The notes beneath the pieces were generated by a model. It searched no databases and had not been told where the DNA came from. It worked only from the letters and a program-made list of their open reading frames with translations. Made by a program: the position numbers and the translations under genes. Shown piece by piece: positions 41,703 to 55,960 of a DNA stretch of 64,000 nt (within the stretch, counting starts at the first letter, position 1; every line of letters starts with the position of its first letter). Source of the DNA: Escherichia phage HY01; sequence record NC_027349.1, one strand, 5' to 3'.

Positions 41703-42611
41703 TTAAAGGTCATTCAAAAGGTCATCCAGGTCCGTGTCATCAGCACTAGATGAACTGCCAGAGCTTGAGCTCATAAAATCATCTTCAGTTTTTGTTTTGA
41801 AGTCATCAACATTAAATGCATCCAAATCATCAGCAACTTTATCGGCTTTCTTAGCGGCAGTTGCTGCGGCACCACCCATAGCAGCAGTTCCCATAACTTG
41901 ACTGAACTTAGTGCTCAGTTCTTCAAACGATTTGAATTTATCTTTAGAAGTCATTTCAGAAAGGTCAACCATTTGTTCGAACAGTTCTTTCTGGAAAGAT
42001 TCATCATCAATGTTTGGAATCGCAGATTGATTCAGGAATTTAGATTCGTCGTAGTTACTAAAACCAGAAACTTGTTTAACTTTCAGTACAAAGTTAGCAC
42101 CTTCCCACGGACAAGTTACATCAACCGGAGTTTCACCCATTTCAACATCAACTGCAATCATTGCATTGATTTTATCCCAGATTTTCTTACCGAAACGGTA
42201 TTTAAATACTTTACCTTCATTTTCTGGAGCAGCTGGGTCTTTTACTACAAGAATGTTAGCCCAGTAAGAAGTTTTACGTTTAACAAGACCGTACTCTTTA
42301 TTGTCAGTATTATACAAATCATTTTTACTGATGTACTGACATACTGGGCAAGAATCGTAATCACCGTAGGTAGATGAGCATGTTTCGATATACCATTTAC
42401 CATTTTTCTTGAAACCGTGATTTACAAGAAGTGCGAATGGTGCTTGTTCATCATTTTTAGACGGAAGAAAACGAATTACTGCTTGACCGTTACCCGCATT
42501 ATCGAGTTTCAGTTTCCACTCGCCTTTATCTTCAGAAGAAAAACCACCTTTATTTCCAGCCAGTTTAGCCATTTGTGCAGCGAGTTCAGCAGTAGATTTA
42601 CGTTTAAACAT
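41703..42611 (-). CDS. 32: Single-stranded DNA-binding protein gp32
   Basis: 302 aa; zinc-site region [14 protein letters not shown]; acidic C-terminal tail; matches remembered T4 gp32. Confidence 0.95.
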   Translation of the reverse strand: MFKRKSTAELAAQMAKLAGNKGGFSSEDKGEWKLKLDNAGNGQAVIRFLPSKNDEQAPFALLVNHGFKKNGKWYIETCSSTYGDYDSCPVCQYISKNDLYNTDNKEYGLVKRKTSYWANILVVKDPAAPENEGKVFKYRFGKKIWDKINAMIAVDVEMGETPVDVTCPWEGANFVLKVKQVSGFSNYDESKFLNQSAIPNIDDESFQKELFEQMVDLSEMTSKDKFKSFEELSTKFSQVMGTAAMGGAAATAAKKADKVADDLDAFNVDDFKTKTEDDFMSSSSGSSSSADDTDLDDLLNDL

Positions 42612-42661
42612 TTTTATTTCCTTTTTAATTTAATTAACAGTTGGTGCTATGACACTTTACC

Positions 42662-43294
42662 TCATAGCTGGCATAATTCACAATACTCTGGGTCTTCGAG
42701 AGGTATCCAACCTGAGTTGAAATACTTTACCATCGATTTAGCAGTTGTATCAGTTATATTTATATTACCTTTAACTCTTCGCCATCCAGGAGTTTTACCG
42801 TACAGATTAGAGGATAATAATAACACATAATTCTCGTAAGCAATATGAGATAATTTCCAAGACTCTATATTAGCTCGTGATGTTTTCCAAGGTCTAAAAT
42901 CGTCACGGTTCATATAATTAGCCAATCTCATATGCTCTCTAACTTCCGGGTCTTTGGCTGGATGAGTTTCACCACTCACACCAAATCCGCCGCCAGCATA
43001 TACCAGATTAAAATAGTCTGGATTATCTCTGGCATTTACTTCAAGTTGGTATTTTCGCTCTGCTTCAATAACATCCAAATCATCATCAATTTGAATTATT
43101 TTAACGCTCGGTTTTTGAAGCATTACCGCATTTAAAAATCTTTTTTGTTTACACGAACTCCAGTATTCCTTTCCGGAAGAGTCATATATTATTCCATTCT
43201 CAAATGAGCAATTTAATTTACTGCCGATATAGTAGTACGGCGGAGTCTTATTTTTGACACGGTCTTCAAATGTAAACCAATATACTATATTCAT
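42662..43294 (-). CDS. GIY-YIG homing endonuclease (SegG-like) between genes 32 and 59
   Basis: 210 aa; N-terminal IVY...YYYIGS GIY-YIG-type motif; occupies the T4 segG position. Confidence 0.65.
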   Translation of the reverse strand: MNIVYWFTFEDRVKNKTPPYYYIGSKLNCSFENGIIYDSSGKEYWSSCKQKRFLNAVMLQKPSVKIIQIDDDLDVIEAERKYQLEVNARDNPDYFNLVYAGGGFGVSGETHPAKDPEVREHMRLANYMNRDDFRPWKTSRANIESWKLSHIAYENYVLLLSSNLYGKTPGWRRVKGNINITDTTAKSMVKYFNSGWIPLEDPEYCELCQL

Positions 43295-43295
43295 A

Positions 43296-43949
43296 TTAAT
43301 ACTTACAGGATTTCACAGTTTCAATGAAAACACTTTTAGCTTTCTGTGAATCAATATTTAAAATTTTTCTATAAGCTTTTAACTTTATAGAATAATTATT
43401 CCAGACTAAATTATCAGTCTGTTCATCATGTTTATCAATTATATTTAAAAACGAATCAAGCAAGATAAACGTCTCAAACGAAATTATATTCGATTGAAGT
43501 AGTTTAAAAATATAACTTGATTGAACTTTTGGATTATACTCAAAGATTTCTTTAAAAGCAGAAACTTCAACTTTTTTACTAAAATAATAAATGTTGCGAA
43601 TATCTTCTTCAAACTTAAATTTAATTTGCTTTAAGCGTCCGATATATTCACGATAAAACACAAGTGCATCAGCGTCAGAGATGTCACCAATCCAAGCATC
43701 TTGGTTAGCAACAAGATTGCTTATAAAGATTAAAGCAAGTTCCTTTAATTTATATTTTTCTGATAACTTCTGGAAAAAATACTTATCCCTTCGCTTTTGA
43801 TAAGCGGCATCAGACACCCGCATGCACCAATTATACTTAATTACATCATACTTTCCATTCATATGTTGTTTTATCATTAAGTATAATTTATAAACTGATT
43901 TACCATCAATGTATCTTTCACCACCAGCAGGCATGCGGAGTTTAATCAT
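43296..43949 (-). CDS. 59: gp59 helicase loader
   Basis: 217 aa as in T4; conserved position. Confidence 0.85.
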   Translation of the reverse strand: MIKLRMPAGGERYIDGKSVYKLYLMIKQHMNGKYDVIKYNWCMRVSDAAYQKRRDKYFFQKLSEKYKLKELALIFISNLVANQDAWIGDISDADALVFYREYIGRLKQIKFKFEEDIRNIYYFSKKVEVSAFKEIFEYNPKVQSSYIFKLLQSNIISFETFILLDSFLNIIDKHDEQTDNLVWNNYSIKLKAYRKILNIDSQKAKSVFIETVKSCKY

Positions 43950-44284
43950 AGTAGAAAATCTAATGTATTAGTTTTTTCACAACGAACAACAGAAGGACGT
44001 AAAAGATTTTCGTCAATAGCTTCTGACTGAATTTTTTCAATTATACCCGAAGGAATAAATTTAGCAAATTGAGTTTCAGGAATAGAATTTTCTTCTAAGA
44101 ATGCTGTTGTAGCTTCAAGATAACTCATTCCAAACTCTTCTACCATTTTTTCAATGATAAATCCATTTTCTTGACGATCAAGAAGCTTTGCAATTTCATC
44201 CTTTTCTTTCTTAATTGAAAGTTCTTTTTCTGAAAGACCGGTCTCATCGACCGGACGAATATCATTTAGAGAAAACTGTGTCAT
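43946..44284 (-). CDS. 33: gp33 late-transcription co-activator
   Basis: Track start is TTG; ATG at 44284 gives 112 aa starting MTQFSLNDIRPVDETGL, as T4 gp33. Confidence 0.85.
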   Translation of the reverse strand: MTQFSLNDIRPVDETGLSEKELSIKKEKDEIAKLLDRQENGFIIEKMVEEFGMSYLEATTAFLEENSIPETQFAKFIPSGIIEKIQSEAIDENLLRPSVVRCEKTNTLDFLL

Positions 44285-44531
44285 AAAGTTCAACTACCTC
44301 TTCGGTTTCAGCTTCAAACACATCACGGTTATCTTTATGATACAAAGCTAACAGACGATTAAACATCTTTCCATCAACACCAAGTTCATCTTTGGCGCGA
44401 ATTCGAATATCTTTAATCAATTCATTATAACCAGAAATTTTCAGTTTATGATCAGATGCTTCTTTGATAAATTTAGCTAAGTCTTCGCCATGGATAGCTT
44501 CATCAAATTCAACCATTTCTTTTTTAGCCAT
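44262..44531 (-). CDS. dsbA: DsbA double-stranded DNA-binding protein
   Basis: 89 aa in the conserved position between rnh and 33. Confidence 0.75.
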   Translation of the reverse strand: MAKKEMVEFDEAIHGEDLAKFIKEASDHKLKISGYNELIKDIRIRAKDELGVDGKMFNRLLALYHKDNRDVFEAETEEVVELYDTVFSK

Positions 44532-44539
44532 TATTCACC

Positions 44540-45457
44540 TCAAAATTCATTAATGCTATTAGTTAATTTAGAAAGACCCGCTTTTACAAAATATGAATAA
44601 ATTTTGCCACGCGGTGGTAATTTATATGAATTATAGTAATTCACAATGTTTGAAGCAATATTATCAGGAATATAATCAAAATCAATTAGAACTAAATTTT
44701 CTTTATATCGATTATATTCAGATTCAGTGAGAAGCACCTTAGCTTGCTCACGGTCATTAGCAATAGCTTCAACAATAGATGTTTTCATTGAAGGAGTTCG
44801 TTCACCTTCAACTCTGGTAAACCAAAAGTCAGATCGTACTTTAACTGAAGCGACGTTATCCTTTTTATCACCTTTAAGAATTTTAGTCATACAGTCAATT
44901 TCAGCAGAACCGCTTTTAATTTTAACCCATTTCTTGTGCATCGGTGACCATTGCTTAACATTTGGGTATTTGTGAAGTTGAGTAAAGTCACCATCCGACG
45001 AAATGATTAAAATCTTATGTCCTTCTAAAGAGAACTTTTTAACAAGAACAGCAATGTGGTCATCTGCTTCATACTTATCAATATCCATAACAATGTATGG
45101 CATATAAGCTTTCAATTCATCTATAACTTTATGGCTGGATTCAAAATAACCTTCCCAGTCCCAAGTAGATTCTTCTCGTGCTTTTCCACGGTTTTTCTTA
45201 TAGTAATAAGCGAAATCACGGCGCCAATATCCTGATTTTGCGTTATCGATACACAGTACAATTTTAGTGTATCCAAGAGTTTTTGCTTTTTTGACATTAA
45301 ACTTAATTGAGTTCAATATCAAATGACGAACCATTGATAAATTAATTTTTTCTTTATCTGGAAAGTTTACTAGAGCAGTCGAAAGTGCAATTTGACTAAA
45401 GTCAATTAAGCAAATTCCTTCTTTGTAATCTTCATCCAGCATCATTTCTAAATCCAT
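44540..45457 (-). CDS. rnh: RNase H (5'-3' exonuclease, FEN family)
   Basis: Track start is TTG; ATG at 45457 gives 305 aa starting MDLEMMLDEDYKEGICLIDF, as T4 RNase H. Confidence 0.9.
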   Translation of the reverse strand: MDLEMMLDEDYKEGICLIDFSQIALSTALVNFPDKEKINLSMVRHLILNSIKFNVKKAKTLGYTKIVLCIDNAKSGYWRRDFAYYYKKNRGKAREESTWDWEGYFESSHKVIDELKAYMPYIVMDIDKYEADDHIAVLVKKFSLEGHKILIISSDGDFTQLHKYPNVKQWSPMHKKWVKIKSGSAEIDCMTKILKGDKKDNVASVKVRSDFWFTRVEGERTPSMKTSIVEAIANDREQAKVLLTESEYNRYKENLVLIDFDYIPDNIASNIVNYYNSYKLPPRGKIYSYFVKAGLSKLTNSINEF

Positions 45458-45519
45458 ATGAACCTCGTTCAATTAGTGAGATTTCTATTATATACTATCC
45501 AAATCTTAAAGTAAACAAG

Positions 45520-45527
45520 TATAAATA
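45520..45527 (+). promoter_or_regulatory. Late promoter TATAAATA for gene 34
   Basis: Exact TATAAATA 35 nt upstream of the gene 34 ATG. Confidence 0.55.
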
Positions 45528-45561
45528 CTTATTATTGAAAACACAATAGGAGCCCGGGAGA

Positions 45562-48500
45562 ATGGCCGAGATTAAAAGAAAGTTCAGAGCAGAAGATGGT
45601 CTGGACGCAGGTGGCGATAAAATAATCAACGTAGCTTTAGCTGATCGTGCCGTAGGAACTGACGGTGTTAACGTTGATTACCTAATTCAAGAAAACACAG
45701 TTCAACAATATGATCCAACTCGTGGATATTTAAAAGATTTTGTAATCATTTATGATAACCGCTTTTGGGCTGCTATAAATGATATTCCAAAACCAGCAGG
45801 AGCTTTTAATAGTGTACGCTGGAGAGCATTACGTACTGATGCTAATTGGACAACTGTTTCATCAGGACCTTATCAATTAAAGTCAGGCGAATCAATTTCA
45901 GTTGATACTGCAGCTGGTAATGACATTACATTTACTTTGCCATCTTCTCCAATTGATGGAGATACTATCGTTCTTCAAGATATTGGTGGAAAACCTGGTG
46001 TTAACCAAGTTTTAATTGTAGCTCCAGTGCAAAGTATTGTAAACTTCAGAGGCGAACAAGTACGTTCAGTACTAATGACTCATCCAAAATCGCAGATAGT
46101 TTTAATTTTTAGTAATCGTCTGTGGCAAATGTATGTTGCTGATTATAGCAGAGAAGCTGTGGTTGTGACGCCGGCAAGTCTTTATCAAGCGCAATCTAAC
46201 GATTTTATCGTGCGCAGATTTACTTCAGCCGCGGCGATTAATATTAAACTTCCGAGATTTGCTAATCACGGCGATATTATTAATTTCGTCGATTTGGACA
46301 AATTAAATCCACTTTATCATACAATTGTTACTACATACGATGAAACGACTTCAGTACAAGAAGTTGGAACTCATTCCATTGAAGGCCGTACATCGATTGA
46401 TGGTTTCTTAATGTATGATGATAATGAAAAATTGTGGAGATTGTTTGACGGGGATAGTAAAGCACGTTTACGTATTATAACAACTAATTCAAATATTCGT
46501 CCAAATGAAGAAGTTATGGTATTTGGAGCGAATAACGGAACAACTCAAACAATTGAACTTCAGCTTCCAACCGATATTTCCACTGGTGATACTGTTAAAA
46601 TTTCCATGAATTATATGAGAAAAGGACAAACAGTTAAAATCAAAGCTGCCGGTGAAGATAAAATTGCTTCTTCAGTTCAATTGCTGCAATTCCCAAAACG
46701 TTCAGAATATCCACCTGAAGCTGAATGGGTGACTGCACAGGAATTAGTTTTTAACGGTGAAACTAATTATGTTCCAGTTTTACAACTTGCTTATATCGAA
46801 GATTCTGACGGAAAATACTGGGTTGTACAGCAAAACGTTCCAACAGTTGAAAGAGTCGATTCTTTAAATAATTCTACTAGAGCAAGATTAGGCGTAATTG
46901 CTTTAGCTACACAAGCTCAAGCTAACGTCGATTTAGAAAATTCTCCACAAAAAGAATTAGCAATTACCCCAGAAACATTAGCTAACCGTACTGCTACAGA
47001 AACTCGTAGAGGTATCGCAAGAATAGCAACTACCGCCCAAGTGAATCAGGATACTACATTCTCTTTTGCTGACGATATTATCATCACTCCTAAAAAGCTG
47101 AATGAAAGAACTGCTACAGAAACTCGTAGAGGTGTTGCTGAAATTGCTACGCAACAAGAAACTAATACAGGTACTGATGATACTACGATCATCACTCCTA
47201 AAAAGCTTCAAGCTCGTCAGGGTTCTGAATCATTATCTGGTATTGTAACCTTTGTATCTACCGCAGGAGCTACTCCAGCTTCTAGTCGTGAATTAAATGG
47301 TACAAATGTTTACAATAAAAACACTAATAATTTAGTTGTTTCGCCTAAAGCTCTGGATCAGTATAAAGCTACTCCAACACAACAAGGCGCAGTAATTTTA
47401 GCAGTTGAAAGTGAAGTAATTGCTGGACAGAGCCAAGAAGGATGGGCAAATGCGGTTGTAACACCAGAAACGTTACATAAAAAGACATCAACTGATGGAA
47501 GAATTGGTTTAATTGAAATTGCTACGCAAAGTGAAGTTAATACAGGAACTGATTATACTCGCGCAGTCACTCCTAAAACTTTAAATGACCGTAAAGCAAC
47601 TGAAAGTTTAAGTGGTATAGCTGAAATTGCTACGCAAGTTGAATTCGACGCAGGCGTCGACGATACTCGTATCTCTACACCATTAAAAATTAAAACCAGA
47701 TTTAATAGTACTGATCGTACTTCTGTTGTTGCTCTATCTGGATTAGTTGAATCAGGAACTCTCTGGGACCATTATACCCTTAATATTCTTGAAGCAAATG
47801 AGACTCAGCGTGGTACACTTCGTGTAGCTACACAAGTTGAAGCTGCTGCAGGAACATTAGATAATGTTTTAATAACTCCTAAAAAGCTTTTAGGTACTAA
47901 ATCTACTGAAGCACAGGAAGGTGTTATTAAAGTTGCAACTCAGTCTGAAACTGTAGTTGGAACGTCAGCAAATACTGCTGTATCTCCAAAAAATTTAAAA
48001 TGGATTGTACAGAGTGAACCTACTTGGGCAGCTACTACTCTGGTAAGAGGTTTTGTTAAAACTTCATCTGGTTCAATTACATTCGTTGGTAATGATACAG
48101 TTGGTTCAACACAGTCATTAGAATTATACGAGAAAAATAGCTATGCAGTATCACCATATGAATTAAACCGTGTATTAGCAAATTATTTGCCGTTAAAAGC
48201 AAAAGCCGTAGATAGTAATTTACTGGATGGTCTAGATTCATCTCAGTTCATTCGTAGGGATATTGCACAAACGGTTAATGGTTCACTAACCTTAACCCAA
48301 CAAACGAATCTGAGTGCCCCTCTTGTATCATCTAGTACTGCTACGTTTGGTGGATCAGTTTCAGCAAATAGTACACTAACCATTTCTAATACTGATGGAA
48401 CAGCAACTCGTCTGATTTTTGAGAAAGGACCTCAAACTGGAACGAACCCGGCTCAAACGATGACAGTCAGCGTGTGGGGGAATCAATTTAGTGGGGAATC

Positions 48501-49434
48501 AAACACAACACGTTCTACCGTATTTGAAGTTAGTGATGAAACATCTTATCACTTTTATTCTCAACGCGATAAAGATGGTAATATAGCATTTAGCATTAAT
48601 GGTACTGTAATGCCAATAAATGTGAATGCTTTAGGTTCTTTGAACGCGAACGGCGTTGCAACATTCGGTAGTTCAGTTACTGCTAATGGCGAATTTATCA
48701 GTAAATCGTCGAATGCTTTTAGAGCAATAAACGGTGATTATGGATTCTTTATTCGTAATGATGCTGCTAACACCTATTTTATGCTTACTGCATCTGGCGA
48801 TCAGACTGGTGGATTTAATGGATTACGTCCATTATCAATTAATAATCAATCTGGTCAAGTAACGATTGGTGAAAGCTTAATCATTGCCAAAGGTGCTACT
48901 ATAACTTCAGGTGGTTTAACTGTCAACTCGAGAATTCGTTCTCAGGGTACTAAAACCTCTGATTTATATACTCGTGCGCCGACATCTGATACTGTAGGAT
49001 TCTGGTCAATCGATATTAATGATTCAGCCACTTATAACCAGTTCCCGGGTTATTTTAAGATGGTTGAAAAAACTAATGAAGTGACTGGACTTCCATACTT
49101 AGAACGTGGCGAAGAAGTTAAATCTCCTGGTACATTGACTCAGTTTGGTAACACACTCGATTCGCTTTACCAAGATTGGATTACTTATCCAACGACCCCA
49201 GAAGCACGCACCACTCGCTGGACACGCACATGGCAGAAAACCAAAAACTCTTGGTCAAGTTTTGTTCAGGTATTTGATGGGGGTAACCCTCCTCAACCGT
49301 CTGATATCGGTGCTTTACCATCTGATAATGCTATAATGGGGAATCTTACTATTCGCGATTTCTTACGAATTGGTAATGTTCGCATTATTCCTGACCCAGT
49401 GAATAAAACGGTTAAATTTGAATGGGTTGAATAA
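45562..49434 (+). CDS. 34: Long tail fibre proximal subunit gp34
   Basis: 1290 aa; N-terminus MAEIKRKFRAEDGLDAGGDKIINVALAD matches remembered T4 gp34. Confidence 0.95.
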   Translation: MAEIKRKFRAEDGLDAGGDKIINVALADRAVGTDGVNVDYLIQENTVQQYDPTRGYLKDFVIIYDNRFWAAINDIPKPAGAFNSVRWRALRTDANWTTVSSGPYQLKSGESISVDTAAGNDITFTLPSSPIDGDTIVLQDIGGKPGVNQVLIVAPVQSIVNFRGEQVRSVLMTHPKSQIVLIFSNRLWQMYVADYSREAVVVTPASLYQAQSNDFIVRRFTSAAAINIKLPRFANHGDIINFVDLDKLNPLYHTIVTTYDETTSVQEVGTHSIEGRTSIDGFLMYDDNEKLWRLFDGDSKARLRIITTNSNIRPNEEVMVFGANNGTTQTIELQLPTDISTGDTVKISMNYMRKGQTVKIKAAGEDKIASSVQLLQFPKRSEYPPEAEWVTAQELVFNGETNYVPVLQLAYIEDSDGKYWVVQQNVPTVERVDSLNNSTRARLGVIALATQAQANVDLENSPQKELAITPETLANRTATETRRGIARIATTAQVNQDTTFSFADDIIITPKKLNERTATETRRGVAEIATQQETNTGTDDTTIITPKKLQARQGSESLSGIVTFVSTAGATPASSRELNGTNVYNKNTNNLVVSPKALDQYKATPTQQGAVILAVESEVIAGQSQEGWANAVVTPETLHKKTSTDGRIGLIEIATQSEVNTGTDYTRAVTPKTLNDRKATESLSGIAEIATQVEFDAGVDDTRISTPLKIKTRFNSTDRTSVVALSGLVESGTLWDHYTLNILEANETQRGTLRVATQVEAAAGTLDNVLITPKKLLGTKSTEAQEGVIKVATQSETVVGTSANTAVSPKNLKWIVQSEPTWAATTLVRGFVKTSSGSITFVGNDTVGSTQSLELYEKNSYAVSPYELNRVLANYLPLKAKAVDSNLLDGLDSSQFIRRDIAQTVNGSLTLTQQTNLSAPLVSSSTATFGGSVSANSTLTISNTDGTATRLIFEKGPQTGTNPAQTMTVSVWGNQFSGESNTTRSTVFEVSDETSYHFYSQRDKDGNIAFSINGTVMPINVNALGSLNANGVATFGSSVTANGEFISKSSNAFRAINGDYGFFIRNDAANTYFMLTASGDQTGGFNGLRPLSINNQSGQVTIGESLIIAKGATITSGGLTVNSRIRSQGTKTSDLYTRAPTSDTVGFWSIDINDSATYNQFPGYFKMVEKTNEVTGLPYLERGEEVKSPGTLTQFGNTLDSLYQDWITYPTTPEARTTRWTRTWQKTKNSWSSFVQVFDGGNPPQPSDIGALPSDNAIMGNLTIRDFLRIGNVRIIPDPVNKTVKFEWVE
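46950..48005 (+). repeat. Array of degenerate ~40-aa tail-fibre repeats within gene 34 (approximate bounds)
   Basis: Recurring (I/V)(T/S)PK(K/T)L...(A/S)TE(T/S)xxGxxx(I/V)AT units, about 8 copies in the translation. Confidence 0.6.
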
Positions 49435-49442
49435 GAGGTATT

Positions 49443-50558
49443 ATGGAAAAATTTATGGCAGAGTTTGGACAAGGATATGTCCAAACGCCATTTTTATCGG
49501 AAAGTAATTCAGTAAGATATAAAATAAGCATAGCGGGTTCTTGCCCGCTTTCTACAGCAGGACCATATGTCAAATTTCAGGATAATCCTATCGGAAGTCA
49601 AACATTTAACGCAGGTCTTCATTTAAGAGTTTTTGACCCTTCTACGGGAACATTAGTTGATAGTAAGTCATATGCTTTTTCGACATCAAATGATACTACG
49701 TCAGCTGCTTTTGTTAGCTTCATGAACTCTTTGACGAATAATAGACTTGTTGCTATATTAACTAGCGGAAAGGTTAATTTTCCTCCTGAAGTAGTATCTT
49801 GGCTAAGAGCCGTGGGAACGTCTGCTTTTCCATCTGATTCTATATTGTCAAGATTTGACGTATCATATGCTGCTTTTTACACTTCTTCTAAAAGAGCTAT
49901 TGCATTAGAACATGTTAAATTAAGTAATAGAAAAAGCACAGATGATTATCAAACTATTTTAGATGTTGTATTTGACAGTTTAGAAGACGTTGGAGCTACA
50001 GGATTTCCTAAAAGAACATATGAAAGCGTCGAGCAATTTATGTCAGCGGTCGGTGGAACTAATAACGAAATTGCACGTTTACCAACTTCATCCGCGATAA
50101 GTAAATTATCTGATTATAATTTAATTCCTGGCGATGTTCTTTATCTTAAAGCACAGCTATATGCTGATGCCGATTTACTTGCGCTTGGAACTACAAATAT
50201 ATCTATCCGTTTTTATGATGAATCGAATGGATATATTTCTTCAACACATGCTGAGTTTACTGGACAAGCTGGGTCATGGGAATTAAAGGAAGACTATGTA
50301 GTTATTCCAGAAACCGCAGCGGGATTTACAATATATGCACAAAGAACTGCTCAAGCTGGTCAAGGCGGCATGAGAAATTTAAGCTTTTCTGAAGTATCAA
50401 GAAATGGCGGAATTTCAAAACCTGCCGAATTTGGCGTCAATGGTATTCGAGTTAATTATGTCTGTGAATCTGCTTCACCTCCGGATATAATGGTACTTCC
50501 TACGCAAGCATCGTCTAAAACTGGTAAAGTGTTTGGACAAGAATTTAGAGAAGTTTAA
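49443..50558 (+). CDS. 35: Long tail fibre hinge protein gp35
   Basis: 371-aa ORF between 34 and 36. Confidence 0.85.
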   Translation: MEKFMAEFGQGYVQTPFLSESNSVRYKISIAGSCPLSTAGPYVKFQDNPIGSQTFNAGLHLRVFDPSTGTLVDSKSYAFSTSNDTTSAAFVSFMNSLTNNRLVAILTSGKVNFPPEVVSWLRAVGTSAFPSDSILSRFDVSYAAFYTSSKRAIALEHVKLSNRKSTDDYQTILDVVFDSLEDVGATGFPKRTYESVEQFMSAVGGTNNEIARLPTSSAISKLSDYNLIPGDVLYLKAQLYADADLLALGTTNISIRFYDESNGYISSTHAEFTGQAGSWELKEDYVVIPETAAGFTIYAQRTAQAGQGGMRNLSFSEVSRNGGISKPAEFGVNGIRVNYVCESASPPDIMVLPTQASSKTGKVFGQEFREV

Positions 50559-50563
50559 ATTGA

Positions 50564-50590
50564 GGGAGCCTTCGGGTTCCCTTTTTCTTT
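50564..50590 (+). terminator. Hairpin terminator after gene 35 (GGGAGCC-TTCG-GGTTCCC plus T-run)
   Basis: Stem with one mismatch and UUCG loop followed by TTTTTCTTT; overlaps the late promoter of gene 36. Confidence 0.5.
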
Positions 50591-50597
50591 ATAAATA
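50590..50597 (+). promoter_or_regulatory. Late promoter TATAAATA for gene 36
   Basis: Exact TATAAATA 24 nt upstream of the gene 36 ATG. Confidence 0.55.
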
Positions 50598-50620
50598 CTA
50601 TTAAAATAAAGGGGCATACA

Positions 50621-51277
50621 ATGGCTGATTTAAAAGTAGGTTCAACAACTGGAGGCTCTGTCATTTGGCATCAAGGAAATTTTCCATTGAATCCAGCCGG
50701 TGACGATGTACTCTACAAATCATTTAAAATATATTCAGAATATAATAAACCACAGGCAGCTGATAACGATTTCGTTTCTAAAGCTAATGGTGGTACGTAT
50801 TTAAATAAAGTAATTTTTAATAAAGGAATGACTGTTCCTGGTGCAGGGTCAGGTGACAATGGTATTTTTGCTGGTCCTGGTGATAATGCCACGTATGATA
50901 CTACAAATATGGATATTGTTTCGTGGTATGGTATTGGTTTTAAATCATCACAAGGAACAGCAGGTAGAACTGTAGTAATTAACACACGAAATGGAGATAT
51001 TAGCTCAAAGGGTGTAATTGAAGCATCACAAATACGCGCAACTTCATTATCACCAGTAAATAATTATGACCTTACACGGAAAGATTATGTTGATGGAGCA
51101 ATAAATATCGTTACAGCAAACGCAAACTCTAGAGTATTACGCTCTGGAGACACTATGACAGGAAATTTAACTGCGCCAAACCTTTTTTCACAGAATCCTG
51201 CATCTCAACCCTCGCATGTTCCACGATTTGATCAAATTGTTATTAAGGATTCTGTTCAAGATTTCGGCTATTATTAA
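50621..51277 (+). CDS. 36: Long tail fibre distal connector gp36
   Basis: 218-aa ORF in the conserved position. Confidence 0.85.
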   Translation: MADLKVGSTTGGSVIWHQGNFPLNPAGDDVLYKSFKIYSEYNKPQAADNDFVSKANGGTYLNKVIFNKGMTVPGAGSGDNGIFAGPGDNATYDTTNMDIVSWYGIGFKSSQGTAGRTVVINTRNGDISSKGVIEASQIRATSLSPVNNYDLTRKDYVDGAINIVTANANSRVLRSGDTMTGNLTAPNLFSQNPASQPSHVPRFDQIVIKDSVQDFGYY

Positions 51278-51285
51278 GAGGACTT

Positions 51286-54835
<3,550 letters not shown>

Positions 54836-54865
54836 TTTGAATAAATATCCTTAAAAGGAGGGTCT

Positions 54866-55522
54866 ATGGCAGCACCTAGAATATCATTTTCGCCCTCTGA
54901 TATTCTGTTGGGTGTTCTAGATCGCTTGTTCAAAGATAACGCTACCGGGAAGGTTCTTGCTTCCCGGGTAGCTGTCGTAATTCTTTTGTTTATAATGGCG
55001 ATTGTTTGGTATAGGGGAGATAGTTTCTTTGAGTACTATAAGCAATCAAAGTATGAAACATACCGTGAAATTATTGAAAAGGAAAGAAATGCACGCTTTG
55101 AATCTGTCGCCCTGGAACAACTCCAGATAGTTCATATATCATCTGAGGCAGACTTTAGTGCGGTGTATTCTTTCCGCCCTAAAAACTTAAACTATTTTGT
55201 TGATATTATAGCATACGAAGGAAAATTACCTTCAACAATAAGTGAAAAATCACTTGGAGGATATCCTGTTGATAAAACTATGGATGAATATGCAGTTCAT
55301 TTAAATGGACGTCATTATTATTCCAACTCAAAATTTGCTTTTTTACCAACTAAAAAGCCTACTCCCGAAATAAATTACATGTACAGTTGTCCATATTTCA
55401 ATTTGGATAATATCTATGCTGGAACAATAACCATGTACTGGTATAGAAATGATCATATAAGTAATGACCGCCTTGAATCAATATGTGCTCAGGCGGCCAG
55501 AATATTAGGAAGGGCTAAATAA
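54866..55522 (+). CDS. t: Holin T
   Basis: 218 aa; N-terminal TM segment VAVVILLFIMAIVW and large periplasmic domain; matches T4 T length. Confidence 0.9.
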   Translation: MAAPRISFSPSDILLGVLDRLFKDNATGKVLASRVAVVILLFIMAIVWYRGDSFFEYYKQSKYETYREIIEKERNARFESVALEQLQIVHISSEADFSAVYSFRPKNLNYFVDIIAYEGKLPSTISEKSLGGYPVDKTMDEYAVHLNGRHYYSNSKFAFLPTKKPTPEINYMYSCPYFNLDNIYAGTITMYWYRNDHISNDRLESICAQAARILGRAK

Positions 55523-55795
55523 TTATTTGTTTGTATACATCTCTAGATATCGATATACACCCTCAAAACCCTCGTTGAATTCGTCGATGAGGGTTTTCTT
55601 ATCTTCTTGAGTTAATTCAGAAACAATTTTACGGAATGAATTCTGATTTAACTTTCTACCTTCATGCGTTACTCCAATCTCATTCAGAAATGCAATAAAA
55701 TTAGCACGATTCTCAACAATATCTTCTCTGGAAAATTTAATCAAAATAGACGCAACAGTAATAATTTCACGAACTGTATCAATATTTTTATTCAT
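55523..55795 (-). CDS. asiA: AsiA anti-sigma-70 factor
   Basis: 90 aa; MNKNIDTVREIITVASILIKFSREDIVENRANFIAFLNEIG matches remembered T4 AsiA. Confidence 0.95.
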   Translation of the reverse strand: MNKNIDTVREIITVASILIKFSREDIVENRANFIAFLNEIGVTHEGRKLNQNSFRKIVSELTQEDKKTLIDEFNEGFEGVYRYLEMYTNK

Positions 55796-55807
55796 TAACT
55801 ATACCAC

Positions 55808-55960
55808 TCAATTAGTTGACTTTACTATAATATCATCAGACGCTTGATTTGTAAACTGGTCTGTGGTATTTTCTTCAAAAATTTTTTCTACGAATTCCTT
55901 GAACGACTTACGTTCCTGAGCTATATTATGCTCGATTACTTTTTCAAGATTATGACTCAT
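55808..55960 (-). CDS. Hypothetical 50-aa protein between arn and asiA
   Basis: Not in the track; hand-translated MSHNLEKVIEHNIAQERKSFKEFVEKIFEENTTDQFTNQASDDIIVKSTN; ATG overlaps the arn stop (ATGA); contains the asiA early promoter. Confidence 0.4.
   Translation of the reverse strand: MSHNLEKVIEHNIAQERKSFKEFVEKIFEENTTDQFTNQASDDIIVKSTN
55827..55856 (-). promoter_or_regulatory. T4-type early promoter for asiA (GTTTAC-N18-TATTAT)
   Basis: Minus-strand GTTTAC at 55856-55851 and TATTAT at 55832-55827. Confidence 0.45.
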